This document shows positions 18,673 through 29,347 of a stretch of 64,000 nucleotides of DNA, in pieces. Where the stretch lies: positions 62,958 through 126,957 of the forward strand of contig JAUVXW010000009.1 of NCBI GenBank assembly GCA_030603385.1, written 5' to 3'. The notes beneath the pieces were generated by a model that saw only the letters and a program-made list of their open reading frames with translations, was not told the DNA's origin and searched no databases. Source of the DNA: Promethearchaeota archaeon. GTDB lineage: Archaea > Asgardarchaeota > Lokiarchaeia > Sigyniarchaeales > SOKP01. A program made the translations under genes and the position numbers. The first letter of the stretch is position 1. Each line of letters begins with the position of its first letter.

Positions 18673-20679
18673 TTACTCATCCTCCAATTCAAATTCAATT
18701 TCATCATCTATTTCCTCATCTTCAATTTCCTCTAATTCCTCTTCTTCAAGTTCAATATCTTCAATTTCCTCATCACCCAATTCTTCGAAATCAATTGGTT
18801 CCTCAAGTATTTCAATAAGTTCGTCTTGTAATTCTGTCATAAAATTATCAAAATTAGTTTCAATAAAACTTTCTCTTCTCTCTATAAATTCCTCTTTAAG
18901 TTCATTATATTCTGGAATTTGCTTAATAATTCTTTTACATATAACCTTTTGCTTTCTTACCAGTTTTCTAAGTCCCTCAGTTTGTTCATTTGATAATATA
19001 CGCAATTGTCTATTCTGCTTTTCAATAATACTCCAAGGATCTTTAACAATATTATCACCCTTATATCCCTTATTTTTCCTTAGAATTTTTTTGAAAATAT
19101 CATATTTACCCTTTGTATATATTAGATTTTGGAGCTCCTCATTAGTCTCACGCATTTTATTAACTCTATCTCTTATAAGCTCATACCAATCTGTCGTAAA
19201 TCGCACGTTCCTCTCATCTAAATACTCATTAAATTCTCTATATGCTTCTTCTCCAATTTCTCCCTGTTTTTCAGTTATTTTATCTGATAATTCCCTCAAT
19301 TTATTATTGACAATATTTATTCTTCTCTCTATTTCCTTGTCTATATTATCTATAAATTCTGGTCTTGAAACATTGAGAGTATTTAATGTTGGCTCATAAT
19401 AATCTGGTTTTTCATATCTACTCAAGTTCCATGGTCTTTCTGGATCTTCTAAAATTCCAATTAAATAATCAATAAAATCTCTGGCTTTATTTTGCTCATA
19501 ATCTTCTTCTTCTCTTTTTGTTAACAAACTGTTTATCTCTGCCCGCCTCTCTAAACAGGAATTAATCCAATTATTATATTTTTCTCTTTCATCTTCAGTT
19601 ATATCAAACTCTAAAACCTTATTTCTTACCTTTTCTTTCTGTTTTTCTTTCTGTGTTTCTGTAACATCATAATCTTCGGCTATTTCATCAAACTCCACCC
19701 CAATATGCTCTAAAAAGTCAGGATTTATCCCTACACTTTCACAGGGAAATCTTTCCCTAATGTTGAAATAAATCATAAGTCCGTCTATATCTAAATCATG
19801 TTGAACAAATACATAAAAATTTCTAACTTTTGAAAATGGTATTAAATATTTAATTACTGCACTTACAGGATAACCACCTAAAGAAATACCATAAAATCCC
19901 TCGTTATATCCCCTATTAATTAGTTCTCGCATTGTAAAATCAATAAGTATCGTTTTTTCACAGATAATTAAGAAAAAAGGTACATTTTCAAATTCCTCCA
20001 ATCTCTCCAATTCAATCAGATTTTTCTTTGTTAAAATAATTTCTACCATATTCATATCAAATATATTCGCAGTACCCTTAATATCAACTCCGAGATAATC
20101 TGGAACATAACCCCAATACTCAAAACCTAAAAATTCAAAGAGTTTATTATAATATTTATCTACTGCTTGACCAATAGCTTTTTGTTGCTCTTCTTTAGTG
20201 CCTTTTAAATTTAATTTACCACCAAAACTTTTCCTGACCTTATAGAATACCTCCCGTTTATCTGTTTTTTGGAGGTTCAAATCTAATTGCTTAAAAATCC
20301 ATCTCTTATTTAATATCTTAACTACTTCTTTTTTTTCTTTAATTCTTGGAAATTCTTTGACTAAATACACTATATCTTTATATTTTGTTTTTGGTATTTG
20401 TTTCCTATAATAATCATCCAATTTTTCAACAACATGTTCTCTAACATTTGTCCTCCATATAGGTATATGAATAGCACGACAAATATGATGATATTTTGGT
20501 TTTCTCATTAACCAAACTTCAAAATCCCCCAGATGTACTCCATTATCTTTAAATGCCTGTTTACCTGTTTCGGCATAATATTCCTTTATCGATTCGTCTC
20601 CATACTTTTCTATAAATTCATTATAAAGCATTCGAACAACAGGCGAGTGAAATTTTTTTATTAAATCTTCTCGATTCAA
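18673..20679 (-). CDS. Spo11/topoisomerase VI A-like protein with N-terminal ETGK-like module, coiled coil and acidic tail
   Basis: REVFY (catalytic-Tyr-like motif); Toprim motifs IICEK, GGYP, HDLDIDG. Confidence 0.78.
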   Translation of the reverse strand: MNREDLIKKFHSPVVRMLYNEFIEKYGDESIKEYYAETGKQAFKDNGVHLGDFEVWLMRKPKYHHICRAIHIPIWRTNVREHVVEKLDDYYRKQIPKTKYKDIVYLVKEFPRIKEKKEVVKILNKRWIFKQLDLNLQKTDKREVFYKVRKSFGGKLNLKGTKEEQQKAIGQAVDKYYNKLFEFLGFEYWGYVPDYLGVDIKGTANIFDMNMVEIILTKKNLIELERLEEFENVPFFLIICEKTILIDFTMRELINRGYNEGFYGISLGGYPVSAVIKYLIPFSKVRNFYVFVQHDLDIDGLMIYFNIRERFPCESVGINPDFLEHIGVEFDEIAEDYDVTETQKEKQKEKVRNKVLEFDITEDEREKYNNWINSCLERRAEINSLLTKREEEDYEQNKARDFIDYLIGILEDPERPWNLSRYEKPDYYEPTLNTLNVSRPEFIDNIDKEIERRINIVNNKLRELSDKITEKQGEIGEEAYREFNEYLDERNVRFTTDWYELIRDRVNKMRETNEELQNLIYTKGKYDIFKKILRKNKGYKGDNIVKDPWSIIEKQNRQLRILSNEQTEGLRKLVRKQKVICKRIIKQIPEYNELKEEFIERRESFIETNFDNFMTELQDELIEILEEPIDFEELGDEEIEDIELEEEELEEIEDEEIDDEIEFELEDE

Positions 20680-21173
20680 TCATCTTCATCTCCTATTCCC
20701 CTATCTTTACCACCAAAAATATATGGCGAGTATAATTCCTCTAAATCCTGATAACTTAAATCTTTTAAAGAATTATTACCTTTCCATCGATTTTTCCAAA
20801 ATATTTCTAATTCGTCAAGTGTATTAAATTCAGCACCTTCTAAATAATCTGGATTTTGTCTTACCCAATGAAACATATATATTGGAATTAGTTCTGGATA
20901 TTCCTTAACAAGTTTTAAATATTTTATAAAAAATTGGTTTGTTTTTTTCTCAGTTAATCCAAGAATTTTTATCATGGATTTTACATTATACGATGAATCA
21001 GGTTTATGATTATCCGATATATCTTTAAACAATGGTTCTAATTCCTTTTTTAACCAATTTAAATTATTAGCATCTTCTCCTTCCAAATTACAGAATTCAA
21101 TAGCCCATTCAAATTCTTTATATTTTTTCATACATTTTAAAATTATTTCCTTAAACATCAAATGTTCACTCAT
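20676..21173 (-). CDS. Hypothetical protein coupled to the Spo11-like gene
   Basis: 165 aa, 4-nt overlap. Confidence 0.7.
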   Translation of the reverse strand: MSEHLMFKEIILKCMKKYKEFEWAIEFCNLEGEDANNLNWLKKELEPLFKDISDNHKPDSSYNVKSMIKILGLTEKKTNQFFIKYLKLVKEYPELIPIYMFHWVRQNPDYLEGAEFNTLDELEIFWKNRWKGNNSLKDLSYQDLEELYSPYIFGGKDRGIGDEDD

Positions 21174-21322
21174 TATTCTCTGACCTCCTCGTTTTTTACT
21201 TTAATATCAAGATAATTTCTAACAAGTTCAGCAACCAGCTTTTTTATGGATTTGTTTTCTTTTGAGGCTCTTGTTTTCAATAGAATGTGAAGTTCGTCAT
21301 CTATAATAATTTGTTTAACCAT
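21173..21322 (-). CDS. Ribbon-helix-helix (Arc/CopG-like) regulator, 49 aa (not in ORF track)
   Basis: MVKQIIIDDELHILLKTRASKENKSIKKLVAELVRNYL; first gene of the leftward operon. Confidence 0.75.
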   Translation of the reverse strand: MVKQIIIDDELHILLKTRASKENKSIKKLVAELVRNYLDIKVKNEEVRE

Positions 21323-22626
21323 AATATAATCTCTCTTTCATTTTTTTCGATTTATCGATTAATCTATTAATTAAAATAAATATTGGATTATTTATAAATC
21401 TATTTTTCACATACAAACGATATATCCTGTTTGATAATAACATTAGCAATAATTAGATTCATGAGTTGAATAATTAGACAGATGTGATATTTTGAGTTTC
21501 TGGGAATTTTAGATATTTGACTTGTAGTATGGTTTAAACTCAATTATAATACATGAAATTGTGTTTTGAATATTCCAAACATGTTTTAAATCTTTCTACT
21601 CTATAAATATGGCATAATTGGAATATCGAAAATTTTTCGATCTTATATTTTTATATTTTATTAGTTTGATGACATCTATATATCCAATTAATCTACAACT
21701 CCAATTTGATATATAGCATTTAATAGATTAAAAAAAATCCAATGTACACCAATTCTATTGGTGTATTAATATATACTATAATTGAAAATTAGAGTGTATG
21801 TATATGTACCTTGGAATATTTAAGTTTAAAAATTTTTTTGAAAAAAATTTAATTTTTTTACAAAAAATAGATAAATATTGAAAAATTTTTAATGTTCTCT
21901 TAAATTGTTTAAAAGATATTATAGAGATTGAATGATTTTCCGTTATATATTAGATATAATATAAAATCTTTAAAATAAATAAATAATTATATCATTTTTT
22001 TCAAATAATAGGAATTTTTTACTTTATAATAATTATTATTTTATTGGATTGTTTAATATATAAAGTTAAAGTATAATGATTATGGTTTCTGGCTATTTGT
22101 TTGATGTACTTATTATTTTCAATACTAATTTCTAAAACTTGGGTAATTTTAGTATTAAAAAAATCCAAAAATAACACGAAATTAGTTAATTATAATTAAA
22201 ATCATAATTATCTTTGATTTAAATTAGATTAAATCCAATAAATTTAATAGAAATAGAATGAAATTAAGTTATTTTTAAAGATAATTGATTTTGAATAGTG
22301 GAAATGATAGAATCATTAGAAAATTTATTTTGATTATAACAGGAGATATAATGTATAAATTTTTTATTAGATGATTTATTCTGAATACGATTAGAAAGTT
22401 TCTACTCAATATAGATATGTTTTATATTTAAATCAATCGTGATTTTTTTTAAAATTCTGCTTCTAAATACCAAATTCAGAGTTTAATTTTTTCTCCATAA
22501 TGAGAAATGAAGAAATATTCAAATATTCTATATATAGGAAAAAAAAAAAAATAAAAAAAAATAATAAAAAAAAATAAAATATATATAATATAATATTGAG
22601 TTTTTTCTAATTATCTCATTATGAAT
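21323..22626. other. 1.3-kb AT-rich non-coding block, candidate replication origin
   Basis: No ORF of 60 aa or more; several palindromes; A-tract at 22539-22579; directly downstream of the helicase gene. Confidence 0.4.
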
Positions 22627-24405
22627 TTAAAAAGCTTCAAATTGAAAATCATCGTCTGTTTCAAAAAGCTCATTAGCATCTATTTTCTCAGAGTCCTCTA
22701 ATTTAATATCATCAAAAATTTCTACTTGTTTTTCTGTTTCAAATTCACTTTTTCCATATTCCTCGTTTTCCTCTCTTGCATCTTCAAATGCCCTTCTTAC
22801 TCTTATTGATTGTATGTTATCATCACTTTTAAAATCTTCGTTATAACTTATTCCTCTATATTTATAACCACTACTTTCTGAATGTGTTTTCTTGCTAACT
22901 GAAATAACTCTTACTTTTGGATATATCGATTTTAAGGAACGCGTACATTTTGATTTAGAAATTTCTGGGAGTCCTCGTTTCTTCCTCCAATTACATATCA
23001 TCTCATAAAATAATTGACAATCAATTGAACCAGTTTCATTATCTGAACAATATCTTTCAGTATATTGTGCTACTGGATTCCTCTCAAGTGCCCAAGTCAC
23101 CCTAACATACTCTTCAGTTTGTCTAAATCCCTTTCTCTCCTCTAATCTTAATATGGCTATCAAACATTTATTTAATAATCCACTTAATTCTTCTTGTGTA
23201 GAAATTTTATCTCCAAAATCTCGAATTATTTCTTTTATTCCAAATATATTATAACATGGTATTAATATCCATCTTCTATGAAATCCTTCTGATACATATT
23301 TATCGTCTGGTAATATATTACAACCAAATAAATTTTTTGTAATATTCCACCATGTAACATCATCTTGAACTCCTTTCATTTCTCCCGATAATATCTTATT
23401 AGTAACAATTTCATTAAATGTATCTGTATATTTTATAGGTTTATCTAAAAGATCATCTCCAATATTTACCATTTTATCTCTTAAGTTATGTATTTGAAAA
23501 GTTCTACCAAGTTCATGTAATTTTTTTTTACAAATATGTTCCTTTCCAATAAAATTTGTTATAATCTCTATAAGTGTTGTTTTACCTGAACTGGGAGGTC
23601 CAAACAGCATAAAAGCCTTTTGAAATTTAATTGTTGGTATTAAAAAATAACCAATCATTTCATATACATCGTTTTTATACCTTTTTCCAACAATTAAACT
23701 AATTTCCTTATCAATTAAAGGACATTTAGCTTTTGGATTGAATTCAACAGGTAATTGAGTAAATGTTCTAATTGGTTTTTCTATCTTTTTATGAGATATG
23801 AATTGCCATTTTTTACCCCTTCTTATTAATAAACCATTTAACACATTTATAATATTTTCATTGTAGTGAAATGTATCTAAATGTACATATGTTTCATCTC
23901 GAATTAGATCATAAACATTATTACGTGTTGATATGGTATGTCTGAAACCTTCAATTCCTTTGGCAATTTTATTAATCTCCTGTTTTATCTTTGTTTTTGG
24001 TATTGTTCCTCTTTGATAATATCCCTTATTATATAAACAGAATTCATCAGTTTCTCGAAGTGTTAATAATTTATCTCCATGTTTATCTACAATTTGTTTT
24101 TCTATATTTCTCTCAATTTGTTCAGATGTTTCTGTTTGTTTTTCTGCTTCAATTTGAACCTTAATTGTATGTTCTAAATTAACAAAATAATTTAATAATT
24201 TTTGAGCTGTATTGTTAGTTAAAAAATTTAATTCCGAAAGATATTGATTAAGTTCATTTTTAGGTTTTTTAATTTCAATATGTTGTTTTTTATTCCAATT
24301 AAAGTAACATATAAAATTCTTATCATGAAATATATTAACTCCCTTTTTATCAGGGTCAATTACTAACACTAAATTATCATTAACTTTTAATCTTCTTCTT
24401 ACCAT
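22627..24405 (-). CDS. Phage/plasmid D5/P4-family SF3 helicase
   Basis: INVLNG (D5_N-like), Walker A GPPSSGKTT, Walker B NIGDD, motif C FGCN, GFHRRW. Confidence 0.9.
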   Translation of the reverse strand: MVRRRLKVNDNLVLVIDPDKKGVNIFHDKNFICYFNWNKKQHIEIKKPKNELNQYLSELNFLTNNTAQKLLNYFVNLEHTIKVQIEAEKQTETSEQIERNIEKQIVDKHGDKLLTLRETDEFCLYNKGYYQRGTIPKTKIKQEINKIAKGIEGFRHTISTRNNVYDLIRDETYVHLDTFHYNENIINVLNGLLIRRGKKWQFISHKKIEKPIRTFTQLPVEFNPKAKCPLIDKEISLIVGKRYKNDVYEMIGYFLIPTIKFQKAFMLFGPPSSGKTTLIEIITNFIGKEHICKKKLHELGRTFQIHNLRDKMVNIGDDLLDKPIKYTDTFNEIVTNKILSGEMKGVQDDVTWWNITKNLFGCNILPDDKYVSEGFHRRWILIPCYNIFGIKEIIRDFGDKISTQEELSGLLNKCLIAILRLEERKGFRQTEEYVRVTWALERNPVAQYTERYCSDNETGSIDCQLFYEMICNWRKKRGLPEISKSKCTRSLKSIYPKVRVISVSKKTHSESSGYKYRGISYNEDFKSDDNIQSIRVRRAFEDAREENEEYGKSEFETEKQVEIFDDIKLEDSEKIDANELFETDDDFQFEAF

Positions 24406-24419
24406 TATTTAACCTCTTA

Positions 24420-24962
24420 TCAATTTATATTAATATCCTTCCAATATTTTTCCGTTTTGGCTTTGGCAAAAAAATTCAATACGTCTTCTGGTGGTTGTGA
24501 TGTAATATTCCCAGATTCTAAATTTCTTTTTAAATAATTAACATAACTTTTACAAAAACCTTTAAAAGATGTATTTGGAATTTTCCAATTATATCCAATT
24601 AATTCTAATAATAATAAACAACGTATATTATCTTCCCTCTCAATCTTTCCTTTAATATTAATAGTAATTAAATTATCAAATTCTTGTTGTGTTACGACCT
24701 CACCAGATTGTGTTTCAATAAATTCTTTTAACTCCTTAATTTTTTTGCCAATACCAATTGGAAAAATTGGTCTACCGAATGTTGTAAATATTACAATAAA
24801 ATCTCCATTTCTGGATGTTCCAGGTGTGTAAACTCCATTTTCAATAACATCCATTCCAACACCACCTAAAATTAAAACCCAGTTATTATCTAAATATTCC
24901 TCTAACATACTCCATAATTCGTTATTATCAAAAAGTCCAATCTTTCCATGTTTTTTACTCAT
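24420..24962 (-). CDS. Hypothetical protein in replication operon
   Basis: 180 aa immediately upstream of the helicase. Confidence 0.7.
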   Translation of the reverse strand: MSKKHGKIGLFDNNELWSMLEEYLDNNWVLILGGVGMDVIENGVYTPGTSRNGDFIVIFTTFGRPIFPIGIGKKIKELKEFIETQSGEVVTQQEFDNLITINIKGKIEREDNIRCLLLLELIGYNWKIPNTSFKGFCKSYVNYLKRNLESGNITSQPPEDVLNFFAKAKTEKYWKDININ

Positions 24963-25387
24963 CTTTTATAACCTTTTATTAAACTCCCTACATTTTCTTT
25001 TTCTATCAATAATTTATTTAATTCTTCTTTGGTGTCGCACGGTTTAACAATAATATAATGTGCTTTACAATGTAGACATCTGATATATATAAAAATTACT
25101 AATACCTGATTACAAACTTCAATATCATCTATAATTACGTTTTTATTACATGTTCCACAGATGTTATTATCCAACAATTGTTTTACATGTAAATCTATAT
25201 CTTCTTTGGTTATAACTAATTTGAATTTAGTTATAATATTACAGTGTAAACATCCTTCTGAAACTATAACATCATAATCTTTTAGATTATATTCCGTTTG
25301 TTTAATTAAAGGATTTTTACATATACTACAAATATTCGATTCAAGAATTCTCCTTTTGCTTGATTTTAATTTTTCTGTCACTTTCAT
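24959..25387 (-). CDS. Double zinc-finger protein (internal duplication)
   Basis: NICSICK...CLHC and NICGTCN...CLHC. Confidence 0.7.
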   Translation of the reverse strand: MKVTEKLKSSKRRILESNICSICKNPLIKQTEYNLKDYDVIVSEGCLHCNIITKFKLVITKEDIDLHVKQLLDNNICGTCNKNVIIDDIEVCNQVLVIFIYIRCLHCKAHYIIVKPCDTKEELNKLLIEKENVGSLIKGYKR

Positions 25388-25565
25388 CTTCCAAGTTTTT
25401 AGTTAGATTTTTAATTCTAATTCTTTTAAAATCATTTTCTTCCCCAAACTCAATTAAATCATCAAGCACATAATTATATGACTCTCTTTTAGCTAATTTA
25501 AAATCATCTAATTTTACCTTGTTTGACTTACTTATTTGTATTGAAGAATATTCATCGACAACCAT
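25341..25565 (-). CDS. RHH/antitoxin-like DNA-binding protein
   Basis: SSIQISKSNKVKLDDFK...ESYNYVLDDLI. Confidence 0.65.
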   Translation of the reverse strand: MVVDEYSSIQISKSNKVKLDDFKLAKRESYNYVLDDLIEFGEENDFKRIRIKNLTKNLEDESDRKIKIKQKENS

Positions 25566-26083
25566 AATTTAATCATCCAATTTTATCATAACTTATAATT
25601 AATTATTATAATTTATTATTATTTATAAATATTATTGAGTAAATCGATGTAATACATAGATTCAACATAAAACATACATAAGCACATGATTTGGATAAAT
25701 CTAACAAAAGTTAAAAAATAGTTAAAAAATTGTAAATGTCGTTAAAACATATATGAGATGTTATTTTTATACATTAGATGAAAAATGAACAAAGACAAAA
25801 ATATTCGAAAAATTGAAAAGACCCCTGTGGAAGGCAGGGGCAATAAATAGAGGTTTAAGATTTTGACAGAAAAATTAAACTCTAATTATTATAAAATTTA
25901 TAACATTTATAAATTTATTTGAATGTAATCATTCTAAACCTATCATTGGGTTTTAGTTTTATCCAATTTGTAAAATTGACTTAAATATTCACTTATTTGT
26001 TATTAGAAGTTATATAATAGAAAAATTATAATTGGATTAAAAATTTATTTTAATTAATTGGATAACCAAATAGAGTAATTAGA

Positions 26084-26674
26084 ATGAAGATATTGATAAC
26101 AGAAATCCCAGAAAAACGTCCAGATTTAATTTTGATGTTTGAAAGAGAAACTGGTAAGAATGCTATGTATAAGAAGAGTGGAAAAATAACTAAACAATTT
26201 AAATATTGGCTTCGACAAAAAATAAAATATGAAAACCTTCAATGTGACATCTGTAGCAGAAATGACTTTAAAAATAAATATTCGTTGGCTCGTCATTTAA
26301 ACTGGCATAATAAAGAATATCGAGAAAATCATAGTGGAGAAAACCATCCTCATTTTGGTAAACGTGGCAAAGAAACTCAGTATTGTAAGGGTGATAATGC
26401 TGGTTATCATGCTATACATAACTGGGTTGATAAATATATGCCAAAGACAGGTATTTGTGAGATATGCGGTAAGCCAGAAAATTATAGAGATTTAGGTCCA
26501 TTAGAAAAATCCAACAAGACTGGGAAATTAATTAGAGATATCAATAATTTTCAGTGGGCTCATAGATATTGCCACAATAAATATGATAAAGATAACAATA
26601 TAATACATGAGGGTTCACCTAATTTAAAAAAAGAAATAAATTTAATTAGTTTATCATCTGCCAAAATCGAATGA
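26084..26674 (+). CDS. ETGK module + C2H2 zinc finger + NUMOD3-like + HNH-like endonuclease
   Basis: FERETGKNA; CDIC...HLNWH; SGENHPHFGK; YHAIHNWV...CEICG...N...CHNKYD. Confidence 0.72.
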   Translation: MKILITEIPEKRPDLILMFERETGKNAMYKKSGKITKQFKYWLRQKIKYENLQCDICSRNDFKNKYSLARHLNWHNKEYRENHSGENHPHFGKRGKETQYCKGDNAGYHAIHNWVDKYMPKTGICEICGKPENYRDLGPLEKSNKTGKLIRDINNFQWAHRYCHNKYDKDNNIIHEGSPNLKKEINLISLSSAKIE

Positions 26675-26678
26675 TATT

Positions 26679-26972
26679 TTATCTTCTCGATTTATTCATC
26701 CTTAAATCTATGTTCTTCTCTGTCTCCTCTATTATCTGTTTTAAAATTTCTTCGTTCAGAAGTTCCGACAAGTCATAAATATGTCTCTTTCTCTGTCTCT
26801 TTTTAGAAGTCCACGTTCCGATATGTATTTCATTCATTTTTTTAAAATATAATATCTTACATTTCATGCTACAGAAGTTGTTATTATATTCTTTTGATAT
26901 TTTACCGCAATATCCACATCGACATTTGAGAAATCTAAATACACCTTCTGTGATATTGTTATATTCAGTCAT
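26679..26972 (-). CDS. Small TRASH/treble-clef-like zinc protein
   Basis: CGYCGK...FCSMKC. Confidence 0.6.
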   Translation of the reverse strand: MTEYNNITEGVFRFLKCRCGYCGKISKEYNNNFCSMKCKILYFKKMNEIHIGTWTSKKRQRKRHIYDLSELLNEEILKQIIEETEKNIDLRMNKSRR

Positions 26973-27261
26973 TTATCATCATTAAAATTTATTTTATAAC
27001 GAGTTGATGTATGGTAATTTTAATCTGGCTTTTCTCTTCTCTTTAATTTTCTGTTGCTTCCGTTTCTTTCTTTTACTCATTATTTTCTTAATCCTTCGAC
27101 CTACCATCATTACCAATTCCAAAAATTCTGTAAATCTTCTTGTGTAAATAAGCCAAACATTATAAATATACACATTAACACAAAAAATAAAGTAATGCAC
27201 ATGGAAACAATCGAAAGCTTATTCCTGCGTGTTTGCCATGTTTTCCAATTTTTCTCAACCA

Positions 27262-27696
27262 TTATTTTTTACCAACTTTTTCTTTACATTTTACGCAAAT
27301 TAAAAAACCATTCTGTTCTATTATTTCTTTATGTGTACAGAACAAATCAAGAAGTTTTTCTTTTCTATCTTTCTTTTTATTAACTCTAACTCCACACACT
27401 CTACAAACAGTAAATCCGTCAGTGTCCATCATGGATTCGTCGTGTATACATTTAGTAATGATACCATCAGGAATAAGACTCTCTTTTTGTCTTTTAATTT
27501 CTTTATCACTAATTTCTTCCTTGTTTTCTGTTAATATGGGGTGTAATGCTCGATGGCTCTTATTGATAATATTTTCAAATTTTTGGATAGCCAATTCTTT
27601 TTCTTCTTTAGTTCTCCGTCTTTTTCTCTTTCTTTCATATGGTTTTACTAGTGGAGATCCAATTGAATATTCTCCAATTTTTTTAATTTTTCCCAT
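27262..27696 (-). CDS. Protein with two TFIIB-like zinc ribbons
   Basis: CIH...DGFTVCRVCG and CTH...NGFLICVKC. Confidence 0.65.
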   Translation of the reverse strand: MGKIKKIGEYSIGSPLVKPYERKRKRRRTKEEKELAIQKFENIINKSHRALHPILTENKEEISDKEIKRQKESLIPDGIITKCIHDESMMDTDGFTVCRVCGVRVNKKKDRKEKLLDLFCTHKEIIEQNGFLICVKCKEKVGKK

Positions 27697-27697
27697 T

Positions 27698-28198
27698 TTA
27701 ATTCACCATATCTTTATTTATTTTATATGTTTTCTGAGAATATCTTTCAAGCATACCTTTTTCTATGTAATACCTGATTATACTAGCAAAATCTCTTTTA
27801 ATATTACCATCCTCGGTTATAGGTGGATGCACCTTATCCTTATATATCCCTATTATTATGTTCTTAGAAAAGTAGGTGTGTTCATTCAAGAAATTTAAAA
27901 AAAACTCATGAATATGATTATTCGAATCAAAATTTAATTTTATTTCTTTGTGACGCCATTTATGTGAAGTTAATCCATGTTTACTATCAAATTCTCTATT
28001 ACAAATATTACAACGATTATTCGGATTTGAATTTATTTTTTGACCTTTATATGTTATTATTATATTTCTTTCTTGTGATAGCCAATTTATAAACGCAGTT
28101 GTAAATTTATTAGATCGAAATGGAGGGCTACGTGGAGTTTCTTTTCTGAAATCTGAAATTAAATTTGAATGCACTTGCTTAAATCTATTTATATCCAT
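27698..28198 (-). CDS. ETGK-like module + C2H2 finger + wHTH-like C-terminus
   Basis: DFRKETPRS...KFTTAFINW; CNICNREFDSKHGLTSHKWRH; KGMLER...YKI. Confidence 0.7.
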   Translation of the reverse strand: MDINRFKQVHSNLISDFRKETPRSPPFRSNKFTTAFINWLSQERNIIITYKGQKINSNPNNRCNICNREFDSKHGLTSHKWRHKEIKLNFDSNNHIHEFFLNFLNEHTYFSKNIIIGIYKDKVHPPITEDGNIKRDFASIIRYYIEKGMLERYSQKTYKINKDMVN

Positions 28199-28377
28199 TA
28201 ATATTTATAAAATTTCTAATTATTATAAATTATTTGTGTTTTAACACGATTTTAACAATCAAACCATATAAAAATATTATGATGAAAAATTAATAATAAA
28301 AACATAATATTTAAATAATAGAAAAATAATATTAAATTAATTAAAAAAATAATAAAAACATAATAAAGGTTAAAAAA

Positions 28378-28623
28378 ATGGTCTATAAATTAATAAGTGA
28401 ATGGAAAAGTAAGGATGGAAAATCTCACGAGATTACAGTTTATAAGTATAATGTAAGCCAAGACAATGTAATAAGATATAACTATGAATCGAAAAATGAT
28501 TATGTAGATATAAAGGTTCAATGGTTTGGTAATCCTACTATGACTGAATATGTTTATGTTCAATATAATAAACAAAAATTAACTGAAAATGAAAGAGCCT
28601 TAGTTCAAATCGGGAGGGATTAA
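28378..28623 (+). CDS. Hypothetical protein
   Basis: First ORF of a rightward operon. Confidence 0.6.
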   Translation: MVYKLISEWKSKDGKSHEITVYKYNVSQDNVIRYNYESKNDYVDIKVQWFGNPTMTEYVYVQYNKQKLTENERALVQIGRD

Positions 28624-28625
28624 AA

Positions 28626-28979
28626 ATGCCAAAAGTAAATTATGAAAAACAACCTTTTAGATTATGTAGATGGAATTCTATTGATTATAAAAGGAAAGGA
28701 AGAGAAGATATGTATTGGTGTTCTGATGCAGAAGAGTATGTTGAAGAAGATAGATGTATGAAATGTTTCTGTAATAATTGGTTTAATATTTGTTCAACCT
28801 GTAAAAAACAAATTCTTAAAACAGAGCTTATATATGTTTTCTTGCCAGAATTCAAACTTGGTTATATCTGTAATGATTGTTATGATGGTGAAGAGAAAGT
28901 TCAGAAAAAACCTTCAAAAACAGAAAGATATATAATTTTTGATATAAAAAAATGGATAAAATTAAATAAAGAGGAATAA
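28626..28979 (+). CDS. Cys-rich zinc-binding protein
   Basis: CSTC...ICNDC plus an upstream Cys cluster; SD GGAGG. Confidence 0.65.
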   Translation: MPKVNYEKQPFRLCRWNSIDYKRKGREDMYWCSDAEEYVEEDRCMKCFCNNWFNICSTCKKQILKTELIYVFLPEFKLGYICNDCYDGEEKVQKKPSKTERYIIFDIKKWIKLNKEE

Positions 28980-28984
28980 AAAAA

Positions 28985-29347
28985 ATGACAGAAATATCAA
29001 AAAGACAAAAGTTGTTAGTATTATTAAAAGATAAAGAATTAACAGCAAAAGAAATATCGGAACAATTAGAAATTCCAATAGAATATGTGAGAACCTATAT
29101 ATCTCAATTTCCACAGATAAAAAAAGTCGGTAAAAAAGGTAGATATAATTTATATAGATTTGTAGAGGCTAAACCAATAGAAATTGATGATTCTGGAGTT
29201 ATGTCAAATTTTAAAAGACTTTACGAAATAATGAATATATGGTTAATTAGTAAAATGACACAAAAACAAATTTCAAATATTCCTGAAAATGTTTTAAAAG
29301 AATTAGATAATATGGAGGGAATTCTAAATGTCAAGTCTAACCGATAA
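28985..29347 (+). CDS. Winged-HTH protein
   Basis: LTAKEISEQLEIPIEYVRTYI...KKGRYNLY. Confidence 0.75.
   Translation: MTEISKRQKLLVLLKDKELTAKEISEQLEIPIEYVRTYISQFPQIKKVGKKGRYNLYRFVEAKPIEIDDSGVMSNFKRLYEIMNIWLISKMTQKQISNIPENVLKELDNMEGILNVKSNR

Noticed and set aside
26994-27200. 68-aa minus-strand ORF as annotated
   Set aside because: The N-terminal half looks non-coding; at most a short basic peptide (MSKRKKRK...) is plausible, so it was not called.
27054-27898. Plus-strand ORFs 27054-27383, 27233-27898 and 27331-27534
   Set aside because: Antisense shadows of Lys-rich minus-strand zinc-finger genes; F/L/S-rich composition.
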